From an uncultured Phycisphaerales bacterium (GTDB lineage: Bacteria > Planctomycetota > Phycisphaerae > Tepidisphaerales > Tepidisphaeraceae): 64,000 bases of DNA. The stretch's first letter is position 1. Every line of letters begins with the position of its first letter. The notes under the pieces were generated by a model. The model ran no database searches and was not told the origin of the DNA. It saw only the letters and a list, made by a program, of their open reading frames with translations. This document shows, piece by piece, positions 1 to 10,111 of the stretch. The stretch covers positions 1,248,001-1,312,000 of the forward strand of contig CAWJPJ010000007.1 of the NCBI GenBank assembly GCA_963844715.1, given 5' to 3'. The translations under genes were made by a program, and so were the position numbers.

Positions 1-963
1 CCATCCGTGCCCTGCAGGGATGGATGGCAGAGGGCCATGTCATCGGTAACGGGGTGCAGCTCGCAGGTGCGCGGGAGTGTGATGAGGCGTTCTTCCTGAG
101 TGATGAGATTCGTGCCGAGGAGGAGCCGCCCATCCGGCTGGCGGTGAACGTGCTCGAGCATTTCGCTTTTGCCGCTGCCGCTGGCGCCTTCGTGCATGAA
201 CGTGGTTTCACGATCATAGGGGGTGACGACCTGGACGGTGGAGCAGTGTGCGGTGACCCACCCTTCGGTTTCGCCGAGGGTGAGGAGCACGCCGTAGATT
301 CCCTTTTTGGCGCTGGGCCCGGGATAGAGGTTGTAGCTGAACAGTTCGTGAAGATGGTCGCGTCGGTTGTGAACGACGACCTGCTTGCCTTCAAAATGGG
401 TATGCCTGAATGGCGGCGCGACATAGACGACGGCCTTGGGGGCGAAATTATCGGGGACCTGATCGGCGGCAAGAATTCCCTGCAGCATCGCCAGTCCCAT
501 GGCGAAGAATCCCGCGTTGGCGGGACAGATCGCAATGGCGTGGATCGCCTTGTAGCGTCCGCCGGCGACGAAAGGGAAGACGCAGAGTTCCTGGGTCTTG
601 AGCCAGTCGAAAGTTTTCTGGCGAACGGACTCAAAGTCGGCGCCGAAGCGGTCTCGATAGCGGCGTTTGTTGGTGGGGTTGTTGTCGCCGATGACCATGC
701 AGTCGGGGTCCCGGCGGCGACATGTAGGGGTCGGGATAGTTGGCGGCGACGCCGTTGCGGACCCGGCAGACCGTCGCCTCGAGAACTCGCCCCTGCCCCG
801 GCACGTCGTACGAAACTTCGTGAAAGCCGGAGGGCTTGGCGTCGCGCAAGGCGAGCTCGATGAGTTCCTCAACGGTTCCCGCCATGGTGACGCGCGAAGC
901 CGCGGAAAGTATGACCGCAGCTTCTTGGGGCAGGCGGATGGTCTGCCAGGGCACGCCAGGCAT
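1..963 (-). CDS. DUF4914 family protein (PEP-carboxykinase-like P-loop protein); runs off the left edge; frameshift near 715-720
   Basis: Joined minus-strand frames give NGVAANYPDPYM/RRRDPDCMVIGD...YNLYPGPSAKKG...AHCS...HEGASGSGKSEM...VTDDM, which I recognise as DUF4914 motifs. Confidence 0.8.
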
Positions 964-1031
964 CGGGAAACTCCAATGGAAAACGGTTGCGGATTGGTCA
1001 AATTGGATTATGCCGGACGCACGGGGAAAGG

Positions 1032-1276
1032 TCAAAGAGGAAATGGATTGGGAACCCGGCTCTTGAGCCGCTCAATCACGGATTCAATGGGTTTCGCCGT
1101 GGCGTTGCCTTTTTGAAACGCCGCGTCGCGGCGCTTGGCTTCGGCGAGCCAGGCGGCATCAATTGCCTCCCGCCCTTCTTCATCGATGCTCAGGAGGAGT
1201 TCTTCCGCCAGCACTCGCGCTCGGCGGGATCGAGCTTTAACGCCTCAACCCTAATTTGTTCTTTTTTCAAAGGCAT
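1032..1276 (-). CDS. Putative addiction-module antitoxin component (TIGR02574-like); frameshift near 1213
   Basis: MPLKKEQIRVEALKLDPAERE joined to LAEELLLSID..IDAAWLAEAKRRDAAFQKG matches the family pattern L..ER..LAE.L..S...W..E..RR. Confidence 0.75.
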
Positions 1277-1392
1277 TTGGCTCAGAATTATACGGGTTCA
1301 CGGGGGGGGAACGATAGAAAATAGATCGCATTTGGCGCACGAACGCCGGGGTGAGAATTTGGGAGGTTTTGGAGTGGGGCGAGTTGCCACCA

Positions 1393-1995
1393 CTATGCGG
1401 GGCGTTTGGCAGCGCACAGGCCGTTCATGAGGAGCTTCCAGACGTCGTCGAATGCGGCGTCGATAGTGGGGTGGGCCCATTCTTGGGCGTGAGTGGGGTG
1501 ATGGAACCAGGTCGTGGCGAGGAGCACGGCTCGGGCAGCGGCAACGGGGTCGACGGCGCGGAAGGCGCCGTCCTTTACGCCGGAGCGGATGATCGTGGCG
1601 GCCAAATTGACCAGTTCATCGACGTGGGCGGCGCCGATGGACTTGCGCACTTGGGCGAGCTTGAGATAGGCGGCGAAAAGTTCGGGGTCGTCGGCGGCAC
1701 GCTGGCGCTTGATGCCGATGAGTGTCTCGAAAAGTTGGCGCAGGCGATTTGGGGCGGGGCCGGACTTGTCGGCGATGGCGCGGAGCTTGGGGAGAGTTTG
1801 GTCGACCCATTTGCTGACGACGAGGTTGCGCAGTTCGGCTTTGGTCGAGACGTGGCGGTAGAGAGCCGCGTGGCTGACGCCGAGCGCGCGGGCTACGTCG
1901 ACGACGGTTGCCTTCTCCGGGCCGAAGCGCCGGATGACATCCTCGGCGGCGGCGAGGATGCGATCGCGAGTGAGCGGTGCGTCGGCGGCGGGCAT
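1393..1995 (-). CDS. TetR family transcriptional regulator
   Basis: N-terminal HTH ILAAAEDVIRRFGPEKATVVDVARALGVSHAALYRH. Confidence 0.9.
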   Translation of the reverse strand: MPAADAPLTRDRILAAAEDVIRRFGPEKATVVDVARALGVSHAALYRHVSTKAELRNLVVSKWVDQTLPKLRAIADKSGPAPNRLRQLFETLIGIKRQRAADDPELFAAYLKLAQVRKSIGAAHVDELVNLAATIIRSGVKDGAFRAVDPVAAARAVLLATTWFHHPTHAQEWAHPTIDAAFDDVWKLLMNGLCAAKRPA

Positions 1996-2057
1996 GGGGT
2001 TCACTCTACCCGCCGGGCGTCTCTGTCGGTACTGGAGCATGCCGATGGGTTCTCGAA

Positions 2058-2950
2058 TTACGTTTTGAAATACGGTTCACTATCAACGTCGGCAAGCAGT
2101 CCGGGTTGCGTCGGGCGCCATCCCAGCCATTCTTGCGTGAGCACGCTGGAGGCTGGGCTGTCGATCCCGGCGAACGGCGCGAACCAACCAAAGTGGGCGG
2201 CCGCTTCCTCGCGGGTTTTGCTGACGACCGGGATGTTGAGGCGGCGGCCGATGACGGCGGCGATGTCTCGGAATGGGACGCCCTGCTCGGCGATGCCATG
2301 ATAGCGGGGCCGGGCGGAACCTTCTCGAGGACGAGGCGGTAGAGATGAGCGGCATCGAGACGGTGGACTGCCGGCCAGCGATTGAGGCCTTCGCCGACGT
2401 ACCCCGAAACGCGCTTCTCGCGCACGATGGCGATGAGTGTTGGCACGAAGCCGTGATCGCCCGCGCCGTGGACGGACGGCGGAAGGCGCACGACCGATGC
2501 GCGCACGCCATGTGCCGCCGCGGAAGCGGCTGCTTCCTCCGAAACTCTCGGAAACGAGTTGGTGCGGGGATCGCCACATCTTCTTCGATCGCGACGCGCC
2601 CGGGAGTGAGCAGAGCCGTCCCGGAGGTGACGATCAAGGGCCGGTCCGAGCCGGCGAGCGCGGATGCGAGCGCTTCGATGGCGCGGCGGTCGATTTCGCA
2701 GTTGGCCTGGAATTTGGAAAAGTCGTGGATGAAGGCGGTGTGAATCACGCCGTCCGATGCGGCGGCGCCGCTGCGCAGGGCGGCCAGGTCTTCGAGATCG
2801 CCGCGATGCACCTTGGCGCCGGCGGCCATAAGCGACTTGTGCGCCCGCCTCCGAGCGAGCCAGGCCGAGCACCTGATGGCCGGCTTTGATGAGTTCCTGA
2901 ACGATGGCAGAGCCGATGAAGCCTGTGGCTCCGGTAAGAAAGACTCGCAT
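2058..2950 (-). CDS. SDR / NAD-dependent epimerase-dehydratase family oxidoreductase (frameshifted)
   Basis: [13 protein letters not shown]ossmann motif. Segments [24 protein letters not shown] and [13 protein letters not shown] are spread over several frames. Confidence 0.85.
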
Positions 2951-2977
2951 GATTGAACTCCTTTCGTTGCTACTTTT

Positions 2978-3871
2978 TTAATGCTTTGCAGTTTCTGTCG
3001 CGGCGGCAATTCCGTCCAACTCCGCCAGAATTTGCGGCGAAAGTGTCAACTTCCCGGCTGCGAGATTCTCGCGCAGATGCGCCAGCGACGACGTGCCGGG
3101 GATGAGCAGGATGTTCGGCGCGCGGTGCAGAAGCCACGCCAGAGCGACTTGCATGGGCGTCGAGCCGAGTTGAGCGGCGACGGCCGAGAGAGTGGACGAC
3201 TGGAGCGGGGTGAAGCCGCCGAGAGGGAAGAAAGGGACGTACGGGATTCCCTGGCGGGATAAGTCGTCAATGAGGGCGTCATCCTCGCGTTGGGCGAGGT
3301 TAAAATTGTTCTGGACGCAAACGACGTCGGTGAGGGCCTGCGCCTCGGCGATCTGCGCGGCAGTGACGTTGCTTAGGCCGATGTGGCGGATCAAGCCCTT
3401 TCGCTTGAGGTCGGCCAGGACCGCCACTTGCTGGGCAACGGAACCCTCGGCGGGGCCATGGATTTTACCCATCGCGCGGTAGTTGACGATGTGGAGGGCG
3501 TCGAGGCCCAGATTGCGGAGATTATCGTGTACGCCGTCGGTGAGGTCCTGGGGCGAGATGGCCGGCTGCCAGGACTTGTCGGGCGGGCGGCGGGCGCCGA
3601 GTTTGGTGACGATGACCAGGTCCGCGGGGTAAGGATGCAGGGCCTGTTTGATGATCTGGTTGGTGACGTGGGGGCCGTAGAAGTCGCTGGTGTCGATGTG
3701 GTTGACGCCGGCGGCGACCGCCTCGCGCAGGACGGCGACCGCGGCTTCAGGGTCCTTGGGAGGCCCCCAGACGCCGGGCCCGGCGAGTTGCATGGCGCCG
3801 TAGCCCATGCGATGGACGGTCAGGGATGTCGCGGGGAAGGTGAATCGGCCGCCGAGAGTGGTATCACGCAT
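2978..3871 (-). CDS. Aldo/keto reductase
   Basis: [27 protein letters not shown] and [15 protein letters not shown] motifs. GGAG RBS precedes ATG at 3871. Confidence 0.9.
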   Translation of the reverse strand: MRDTTLGGRFTFPATSLTVHRMGYGAMQLAGPGVWGPPKDPEAAVAVLREAVAAGVNHIDTSDFYGPHVTNQIIKQALHPYPADLVIVTKLGARRPPDKSWQPAISPQDLTDGVHDNLRNLGLDALHIVNYRAMGKIHGPAEGSVAQQVAVLADLKRKGLIRHIGLSNVTAAQIAEAQALTDVVCVQNNFNLAQREDDALIDDLSRQGIPYVPFFPLGGFTPLQSSTLSAVAAQLGSTPMQVALAWLLHRAPNILLIPGTSSLAHLRENLAAGKLTLSPQILAELDGIAAATETAKH

Positions 3872-3960
3872 GGTTGCTCCTTTGGGATGCTGACATGCGG
3901 GAGAATACGCCGGGCAAGTTACAAAAGTCAAATAATGAAATCTGTAATTTTTCGCGGGAG

Positions 3961-6204
3961 TCAGGACCCGCTCAGGGCGTCGAGTTCCATATTGATGCGG
4001 CTTACTTCATCCTCGGGAAGCCGCTTGGGCTCGGCGCGATCCAATTGACTGTTATAAAATAGAGCAAGTTGGAATTGTTCCGCGGCTTGTTTGGGGAGGC
4101 GGAGTTTTTCCAGAGCCGCGGCGTATTGCAAACGGATATCGACATCATTGGGATCGAGGTAAACGACGCGGTTGAAATCGGAGACGACCTGATCGGCGTC
4201 CAGAACCTGGAGCGAGAGGGCGGCGCGCTGAAGATAGGCGGAAATATTGGACGGGTCGTGGGAGATGGCGGCGGTATAGAAGGAGCGAATCTGCACGCGA
4301 AGGGCGGCGGGGACTTGCGATTCCTTGCCGGCGGCAAGAAGGGAATCCAACTCGATCTGCAGCGCGCGGCCGGCGCGGAAGGCGTAGTCAGCGTTCCACT
4401 TCCATCGCGCGAAGGCCTGCTGATAGTCGGCGGCGGCTTCGTCGAAATGGGCGGCGCGCAGAGCGTCGTCGCCGGATTGGGCCAGGTCCTCGGCTTGTGT
4501 GACGGGAATCCAAACGAAGACGGCCGCGGCGAACAAAGTAGCGGTGATGAGCGCGAGGGCGACCGCCGAGCCGGAGCGCGCGAGCGACGGGCCGCGACGT
4601 CGGGCTGCCTTGCCCCCAGGGCCGTCCCGCACAAAAAACCGAAAAGGCACGTAGCCCCCTGCTCGAACAGGGAGAACTCGATTAAATTGTGGATGAGAAA
4701 GAGGCCGAGGGCGACGAGGATTCCGTAGAGAATCCACGGGGCCGGGCGGTCATCGAGGCGCGGGTCCTGAAGCGAGCGCAAGGCGACGAGCATCGAACCG
4801 ATGGCCAGTGCGCACAGATAGAGGCAGCGCTTCATGATTTCGATGACGATGAAACTGAGGTCCTGTGTGAAATCGAGCGAAGCGCATGTGGCGATGGCCA
4901 TGGATAGGACGGCGGTGGCGAAAAGAATTCCGATGGCCGCGCGGGATTGAGAGGGGACGGCGCGCTGGGTCGGCGGGGCCGGAGTGATGGGGACGGTCAT
5001 TTCGCGCGAGAGGCGGATCATCCAGACGACAAGCAGGACGCCGCCGACGGCGCCGAGTTCCACGAAAAATCGGACCATGAAGTCGTGGGGATCGCGGATT
5101 TCCTCGGAGGCGGCGGGGAGGCGGTCGCGCAGATAGTGGGGCCCGAAATTCGCCCAGCCGATCCCGCGAATGGGATGGCGGAGAAACATCCGCCAGGAAG
5201 CCGTCCAGTATCGCCACCGGAAATTGAGGCTGGCGGTGGGCAAGCCGCCGTGGAAGAGGCCGTGGGCGATGACGGCGAGCATGGCGAGGATGACGATGGC
5301 TAAGGCAACATGGAAAGATTTGGCCGGGCGAGTGGCGAGCACGCCGCGCCAGCGCCGGATGGCCCAGAACATAATTAGGCCCAGGATCGCCGTGGCGGCG
5401 CCAGCTTTGGATTCAGTGCAGACCAGAAGCCACGCGGCGACCGGCAGCGGAACCAGCAACGCCGCGATCCACCCCGGGGTGTCGCGGTCGGCCCGCCGTT
5501 GGATGATGGCGCCGATCCCGATCATCGTGGTCAGCACGATCATGGCGGCAAAGGTGTTCGCCGACGCGTTGAATCCGATCAGCTCGCCCGCGGTGATTTT
5601 GTTTTCCAATTGCCTGGCCGCGAAGCTGCCAGGGGCGAAGCCGCGATCACGGAGAATCTGCGCTTTGCTCTGCTCGAAATTCTGAATGAGGTCGGGAAGC
5701 TCGACGAATTTGTAGTAGATGCCGTGCACGAGAAGCACGATAAGCAGCCCGAAGACGATCGCGGCCACGACGCGGCATGCGCAGCCAGCTGCGGACCAGT
5801 TGCATCGCCGTCCACAGCAGGACGATCGCCGCGGCGAAATCCGCGGCGGAGATCATCGCGGCGAATTTATCGTTGGCCCATTTGATGCTGAAGATGAGCC
5901 ACGCCGTCAGAATCACGGCCAGAAAAATGCTCGCGCTATGGCGAATGGCATAGCCGCGATCGATCGCGGCACGCAGAATGACGAGCATCGCGGGAACGCA
6001 ACTAAGGAGATCGAGAGCGAGGGACGTGGAAGCACCAGGTCCGCGCGGATAGGGGGCGACGCCGGGCGAAACCTGGAACGGCTCGCGCACCGCTTCGAGA
6101 ATCGTGCAGCGAGCAGCCAGCAGCGCCAGCGCCACAAAAAAAGCAATTTGCGTGATCGCCCCCAATCGACCTTTGGCTTTGGCTATGGGGACGTGGAGCG
6201 TCAT
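3961..6204 (-). CDS. O-antigen ligase-like polytopic membrane protein with C-terminal TPR-like region (2 frameshifts)
   Basis: Wzy_C-like motifs SLNFRWRYW...[10 protein letters not shown]...[17 protein letters not shown], many TM segments and a helical-repeat C-terminus. Built from ORFs 5647-6204, 4002-5768 and 3961-4737. Confidence 0.75.
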
Positions 6205-7348
6205 GGGTTATTTTTCCGATCCGCGCTGCCGGGGCTTTGATTCTCATTTGGCATGGGATGCTGTTCCAGGAGAGCCACGACGCCAAGGATGAGAATCGTT
6301 TGCAGGAAGATCAGCAGGGCGAAATCGCCGCGGATTCTGGGCAGGAGAATCGCGGCGCTGCTGGTGGCGGCGGAGACGAGATAGAGACAGAGTACGGCCG
6401 TGCGGCGCGACATCCCGCGGGCGACAAGCCGATGGCTGAAATGATTGGTGTCGCCGACGAAGGGGCTTTTGCCTTTCATCATGCGAATGAAGCTGACGAC
6501 GATCAGATCGTAAAGCGGAAGAGCAAGAACGACGACCGGCGCGAAAATGGCGTACCAACGATTGGCCAAAGTCGTCCCCGGGGCAAGATAAGTCGTTCTC
6601 ACCGTCAAGATGCCCAAAATCAATCCGGTCGTGAGACTCCCGCCGTCCCCCATGAAAATCGTCGCGGGCGGAAAGTTAAACCAAAGGAATCCAAGCAAAG
6701 CGCCAGGAGAAGCGCCAGGGCGGCGGCGACGAACCACTGGCCGATAGTCAGCGTTGTGACGAGAAATGCGGCGGTGCAGACGCACGCCACTCCGGCGGAA
6801 AGGCCGTCCATGTTGTCCAGGAAATTAAACGCGTTGGTGACCGCGACGATCCAGAGAACGGTCAAGGCGACGGAAATCCATCGTCCGTCGGGGACCGCGT
6901 GATCGAGAAACGTAAGAGCCCGCAAATCGGCCGACACGACCAGAGCGCTTACAGCGGCGAGTTGCGCCACGAGTTTGAAATAGGGCCCCAGCGCCCTGCG
7001 GTCATCCCACAAACCAAGAAGATGAACGAAAAACGCCGCCCCAAGAATCTTCAAAGCCATGGGCGTTTGCTGCCGCGCCCCGGACCAATAAGCGGTCATG
7101 AGGGGCGAGTGAGCAAAACGGCCGGGAGGAGGGAATTGATTGACGTAAACCAACCCTGCCAGGACCGGCAGGGCGAACCCCCAGAATATTCCGATGCCGC
7201 CGCCCAGGGGCTTGGGATTGGAGTGAATCTTCCTGCCGCCAGGTTTGTCGGTAAATCCTACCCGAAGGGCGGCGGTTCGGATCAGGCGCGTCAGAAACCA
7301 GGAGATCGCGAAGCTGATCGGAATCAGGCAGAGGATGACCCGAATCAT
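6201..7348 (-). CDS. MraY/WecA family undecaprenyl-phosphate sugar-1-phosphate transferase (frameshift ~6715)
   Basis: [41 protein letters not shown] and [10 protein letters not shown] motifs. Confidence 0.9.
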
Positions 7349-7400
7349 GGAGCGAAAGCCACGATAACCGGGAACCAGGGGTAACGAAAGCGAGGGGCGT

Positions 7401-7583
7401 TTACGGAAGGCGCTGGCGAAGGAACCCGATCTGGTCCTTGTATTCCTGAAGCTGGCGATTCAATACACGCCGATCCTCGGCGTTGCGGACATGCTCGACC
7501 GTGCGGCGGATCTCCCGCGCCCGCAGCTCGAGCCGCTCAATTTCGGCGATGATGTCCGCCTCAGGGTTGTAGACAACACTCAT
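7401..7583 (-). CDS. Small hypothetical coiled-coil protein (60 aa)
   Basis: Charged amphipathic helical sequence. GGAGG RBS upstream. Same orientation as its neighbours. Confidence 0.6.
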   Translation of the reverse strand: MSVVYNPEADIIAEIERLELRAREIRRTVEHVRNAEDRRVLNRQLQEYKDQIGFLRQRLP

Positions 7584-7653
7584 CAGGAACCTCCGTCCTT
7601 GGAATATATGATACTAATCGACCGATATCCGCCGATCAATTCGTGCAATTATA

Positions 7654-8314
7654 CTACGCTCCCGAGGCGGCGAGAGTTTCATTCACGGACTTAATTATGC
7701 GAGCCGGCACCCCAACGACCGTAGCCCCCTCGGGCACGTCCTCAATGACCACTGCTCCCGCCCCCACAACTGCTTGTGCGCCCGATGGTAAGGCACTGAA
7801 TGATCCGGCACCCCAGGCCAATAAACGCCTCTTCGCCCACCCGAACCCGACCGGCCAGCGCCGCGCCAGGGCAAACATGCACAGCTTGCCCAATTTCACA
7901 TTCGTGATCGATGATTGCCGAGGTGTTGATGATCGCGTGGTCCGCGACGATGGCGTCTGTCCCAATGACGGCCCCGGCGGCGACCACCACATTTTTCCCG
8001 ATTCGAGCAGTTGGGGAGACCACGCTGCTGGGGTGAACTGCATTGATGAGTTCGAACCCCTGCTCGAGAAGCTTCTTGGCATAGGTCCGGCGAGCGCGAT
8101 TGTCCCCGACGGCGACGATGGCGCCTTTCACCTTCTGCGCTTTGAGTTTGGGAAGATAATTGGCTTGGCCTAAGACGGAAAGGCCGCCGATCTGCGTTCC
8201 CGCCAGTTGCGGGTCGGCGTCGATGAAGCCGATTGGCTTGTGCTGCCCGGCGGCGCGGAGGATGTCCAACACCACTCGCCCATGCCCGCCTGCCCCGATG
8301 ATGATGACGTCCAT
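7654..8314 (-). CDS. PglD/NeuD family sugar acetyltransferase (hexapeptide repeats; frameshift ~7785)
   Basis: IIIGAGGHGRVV, VAVGDNRARR, INTSAIIDHEC; C-terminus VGAGAVVIEDVPEGATVVGVPAR lies in another frame. Confidence 0.9.
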
Positions 8315-8360
8315 ACCCCAATCCTATCGGACAAAAGAGCAATTTGCGGCCAGAAATCGC

Positions 8361-9011
8361 CTATTTCCAGCGGGCAGCCCGGATGATTTCCACGAATGCC
8401 CGCGCATTGGCCGTCACGCTGGCCCAGTCGTTCCTGGCCAGGGCCTCTTTGGAGATCAACGACGACCCGGCCCCCACGAAGACGGCTCCAGCTTTGATCC
8501 AGTCGGCGGCGTTTTTAAGGTCCACGCCCCCGGTTGGCGTCAGTTTTAGTTGGGGGAGGGGGGCCAAAATATCCTTGAAATAGCAGGGTCCGAGCCCGGT
8601 GGATGGGAATACCTTCACCACATCAGCGCCGGCGGTCCAGGCGGTGTAAATTTCAGTCGGGCTGAAAGCACCGGGGATGACTATTTTCCCAAGGCCTTTG
8701 ACGGTTTCGATGATTTCAAGATTCAAAATAGGCGAGACGACATATTCCGCTCCTGCGGCGATGGCCTCGCGCGCGGTTTTGGCGTCGGTGACGGTTCCGA
8801 CGCCCACGGCCGCGGAATCACCAAATCGCTCAGATAACACGCGAATTCCGGCGATGGCGTCCGGCGTGGTCATGGTGACTTCAATGCTCGGCACGCCCCC
8901 GGCCAGCAGCGCCTCGGTGAGGCCGACGAGCTGATCCTTGGATTTGGCGCGGATGACGGCGACCACGCCGGCGTCAGAGATTTGTTTTAAAATCTGGTCT
9001 TTGGTTCGCAT
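8361..9011 (-). CDS. eda: KDPG/KHG aldolase
   Basis: VVAVIRA, IEVTMTTP, GVGTV, PTEI...GADVVKVFP and PTGGV motifs. Confidence 0.9.
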   Translation of the reverse strand: MRTKDQILKQISDAGVVAVIRAKSKDQLVGLTEALLAGGVPSIEVTMTTPDAIAGIRVLSERFGDSAAVGVGTVTDAKTAREAIAAGAEYVVSPILNLEIIETVKGLGKIVIPGAFSPTEIYTAWTAGADVVKVFPSTGLGPCYFKDILAPLPQLKLTPTGGVDLKNAADWIKAGAVFVGAGSSLISKEALARNDWASVTANARAFVEIIRAARWK

Positions 9012-9115
9012 AAATTTTTGTGGAAATGTTGTAACACCAGGAAAGTTTACTGGCTAGCGCACGAGCCGTCGCTATAATCCAGCCCAAAAGGATTTTTTCA
9101 CCCAGGAGGCGATTC

Positions 9116-9553
9116 ATGGCGGATTCATCCCCGCAAGACTTTGCGACGATTCTTGGTCCCGACGCCAATTTCAAAGGCGAACTTTCCTTCGACAAAGGCA
9201 TGCGCGTGCACGGCCGGGTTGAAGGAAAGATAATGACCCCCGGGCGGCTGCATGTCGCCAAGGAAGCGAAGGTTTCGGCTGATGTGGAAGCCGGCTCCAT
9301 CGTCATCGAAGGGGAAGTCAAAGGGAATCTCACGGCGACGGACCGGGTCGAATTGAAGAACTCCGCGCGATTCGAGGGGGACCTCCGGGCGGGGCGATTG
9401 GTGGTCGAGGAAGGCGCCGCCTTCAGCGGGCACGTGAGCGTGGGCCCGGAAGCCGTCAAGGCTGGAACGCCGCGACCGCAGGTGCAGGTGAGCGTTTCGC
9501 GTCCGGGAGTAGCCGCCGCGCAGGGAACGCCGCAACCGGCCCGCGCCGGCTGA
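9116..9553 (+). CDS. Bactofilin (polymer-forming cytoskeletal protein)
   Basis: TILGPDANFKGEL...VHGRVEGKI...IEGEVKGNL...GDLRAGRLVVEEGAAFSG. AGGAGG RBS upstream. Confidence 0.9.
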   Translation: MADSSPQDFATILGPDANFKGELSFDKGMRVHGRVEGKIMTPGRLHVAKEAKVSADVEAGSIVIEGEVKGNLTATDRVELKNSARFEGDLRAGRLVVEEGAAFSGHVSVGPEAVKAGTPRPQVQVSVSRPGVAAAQGTPQPARAG

Positions 9554-9606
9554 TTTTGCAAAATTCGCCACCGTTGCAGAGCGGTGCGCGCCGATAAACC
9601 GAAGAT

Positions 9607-10033
9607 ATGGCCATCCCCCTGGAGCCAATCGCTTCTCCGCAGGGCAATGACGACCAGATCGCCATTGTCTGTCTCCATTGCAAGAAGCCGCAGCAAATTG
9701 CCCGGCGAGCGCTGAGCGTGACTTGCCGGTTCTGCAACAAATCCCTGCGCCTGGAGGATATGGCGATCAAGGACTACCACGCCGCGCCGCGCGATCGAAA
9801 CCTGCGGCGTGGTCACGGTCGAGAAAAAGGGGAATGTGGTTGTCGACCGCATTATGTGCGGGGGATTGATCGTGCGGGGGAAGGTCAAGGGCAAAATCAC
9901 CAGCCAGGGGCCGGTGCTGGTCGGGCCGGAGGCGGAAGTAAACGGCGATATTTCCGCTCCAAGCCTGGCGGTGGGGGCAGGGGCAATTCTTGAAGGCGAC
10001 TACTTGATCGGCCCGGGCGACAAGCTTGCTTAA
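9607..10033 (+). CDS. Zinc-ribbon + bactofilin protein (frameshift ~9785)
   Basis: CLHC-x13-CRFC N-terminus, then a bactofilin beta-helix (LIVRGKVKGKI...VNGDISAPSLAVGAGAILEG) in the next frame. Confidence 0.75.
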
Positions 10034-10111
10034 CCGACCGGGGTCACCAGCCATTTTTCCCCCTTCCAGAGGCGGGACTATAATTCCCCCGACATTGAAG
10101 GGAAGCTATTC

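Noticed and set aside
24..863. Long opposite-strand ORFs (e.g. 24-863, 1351-2301, 16062-17162, 59876-61177)
   Set aside because: They are antisense shadows of recognisable genes, as expected in high-GC DNA, and carry no family motifs.
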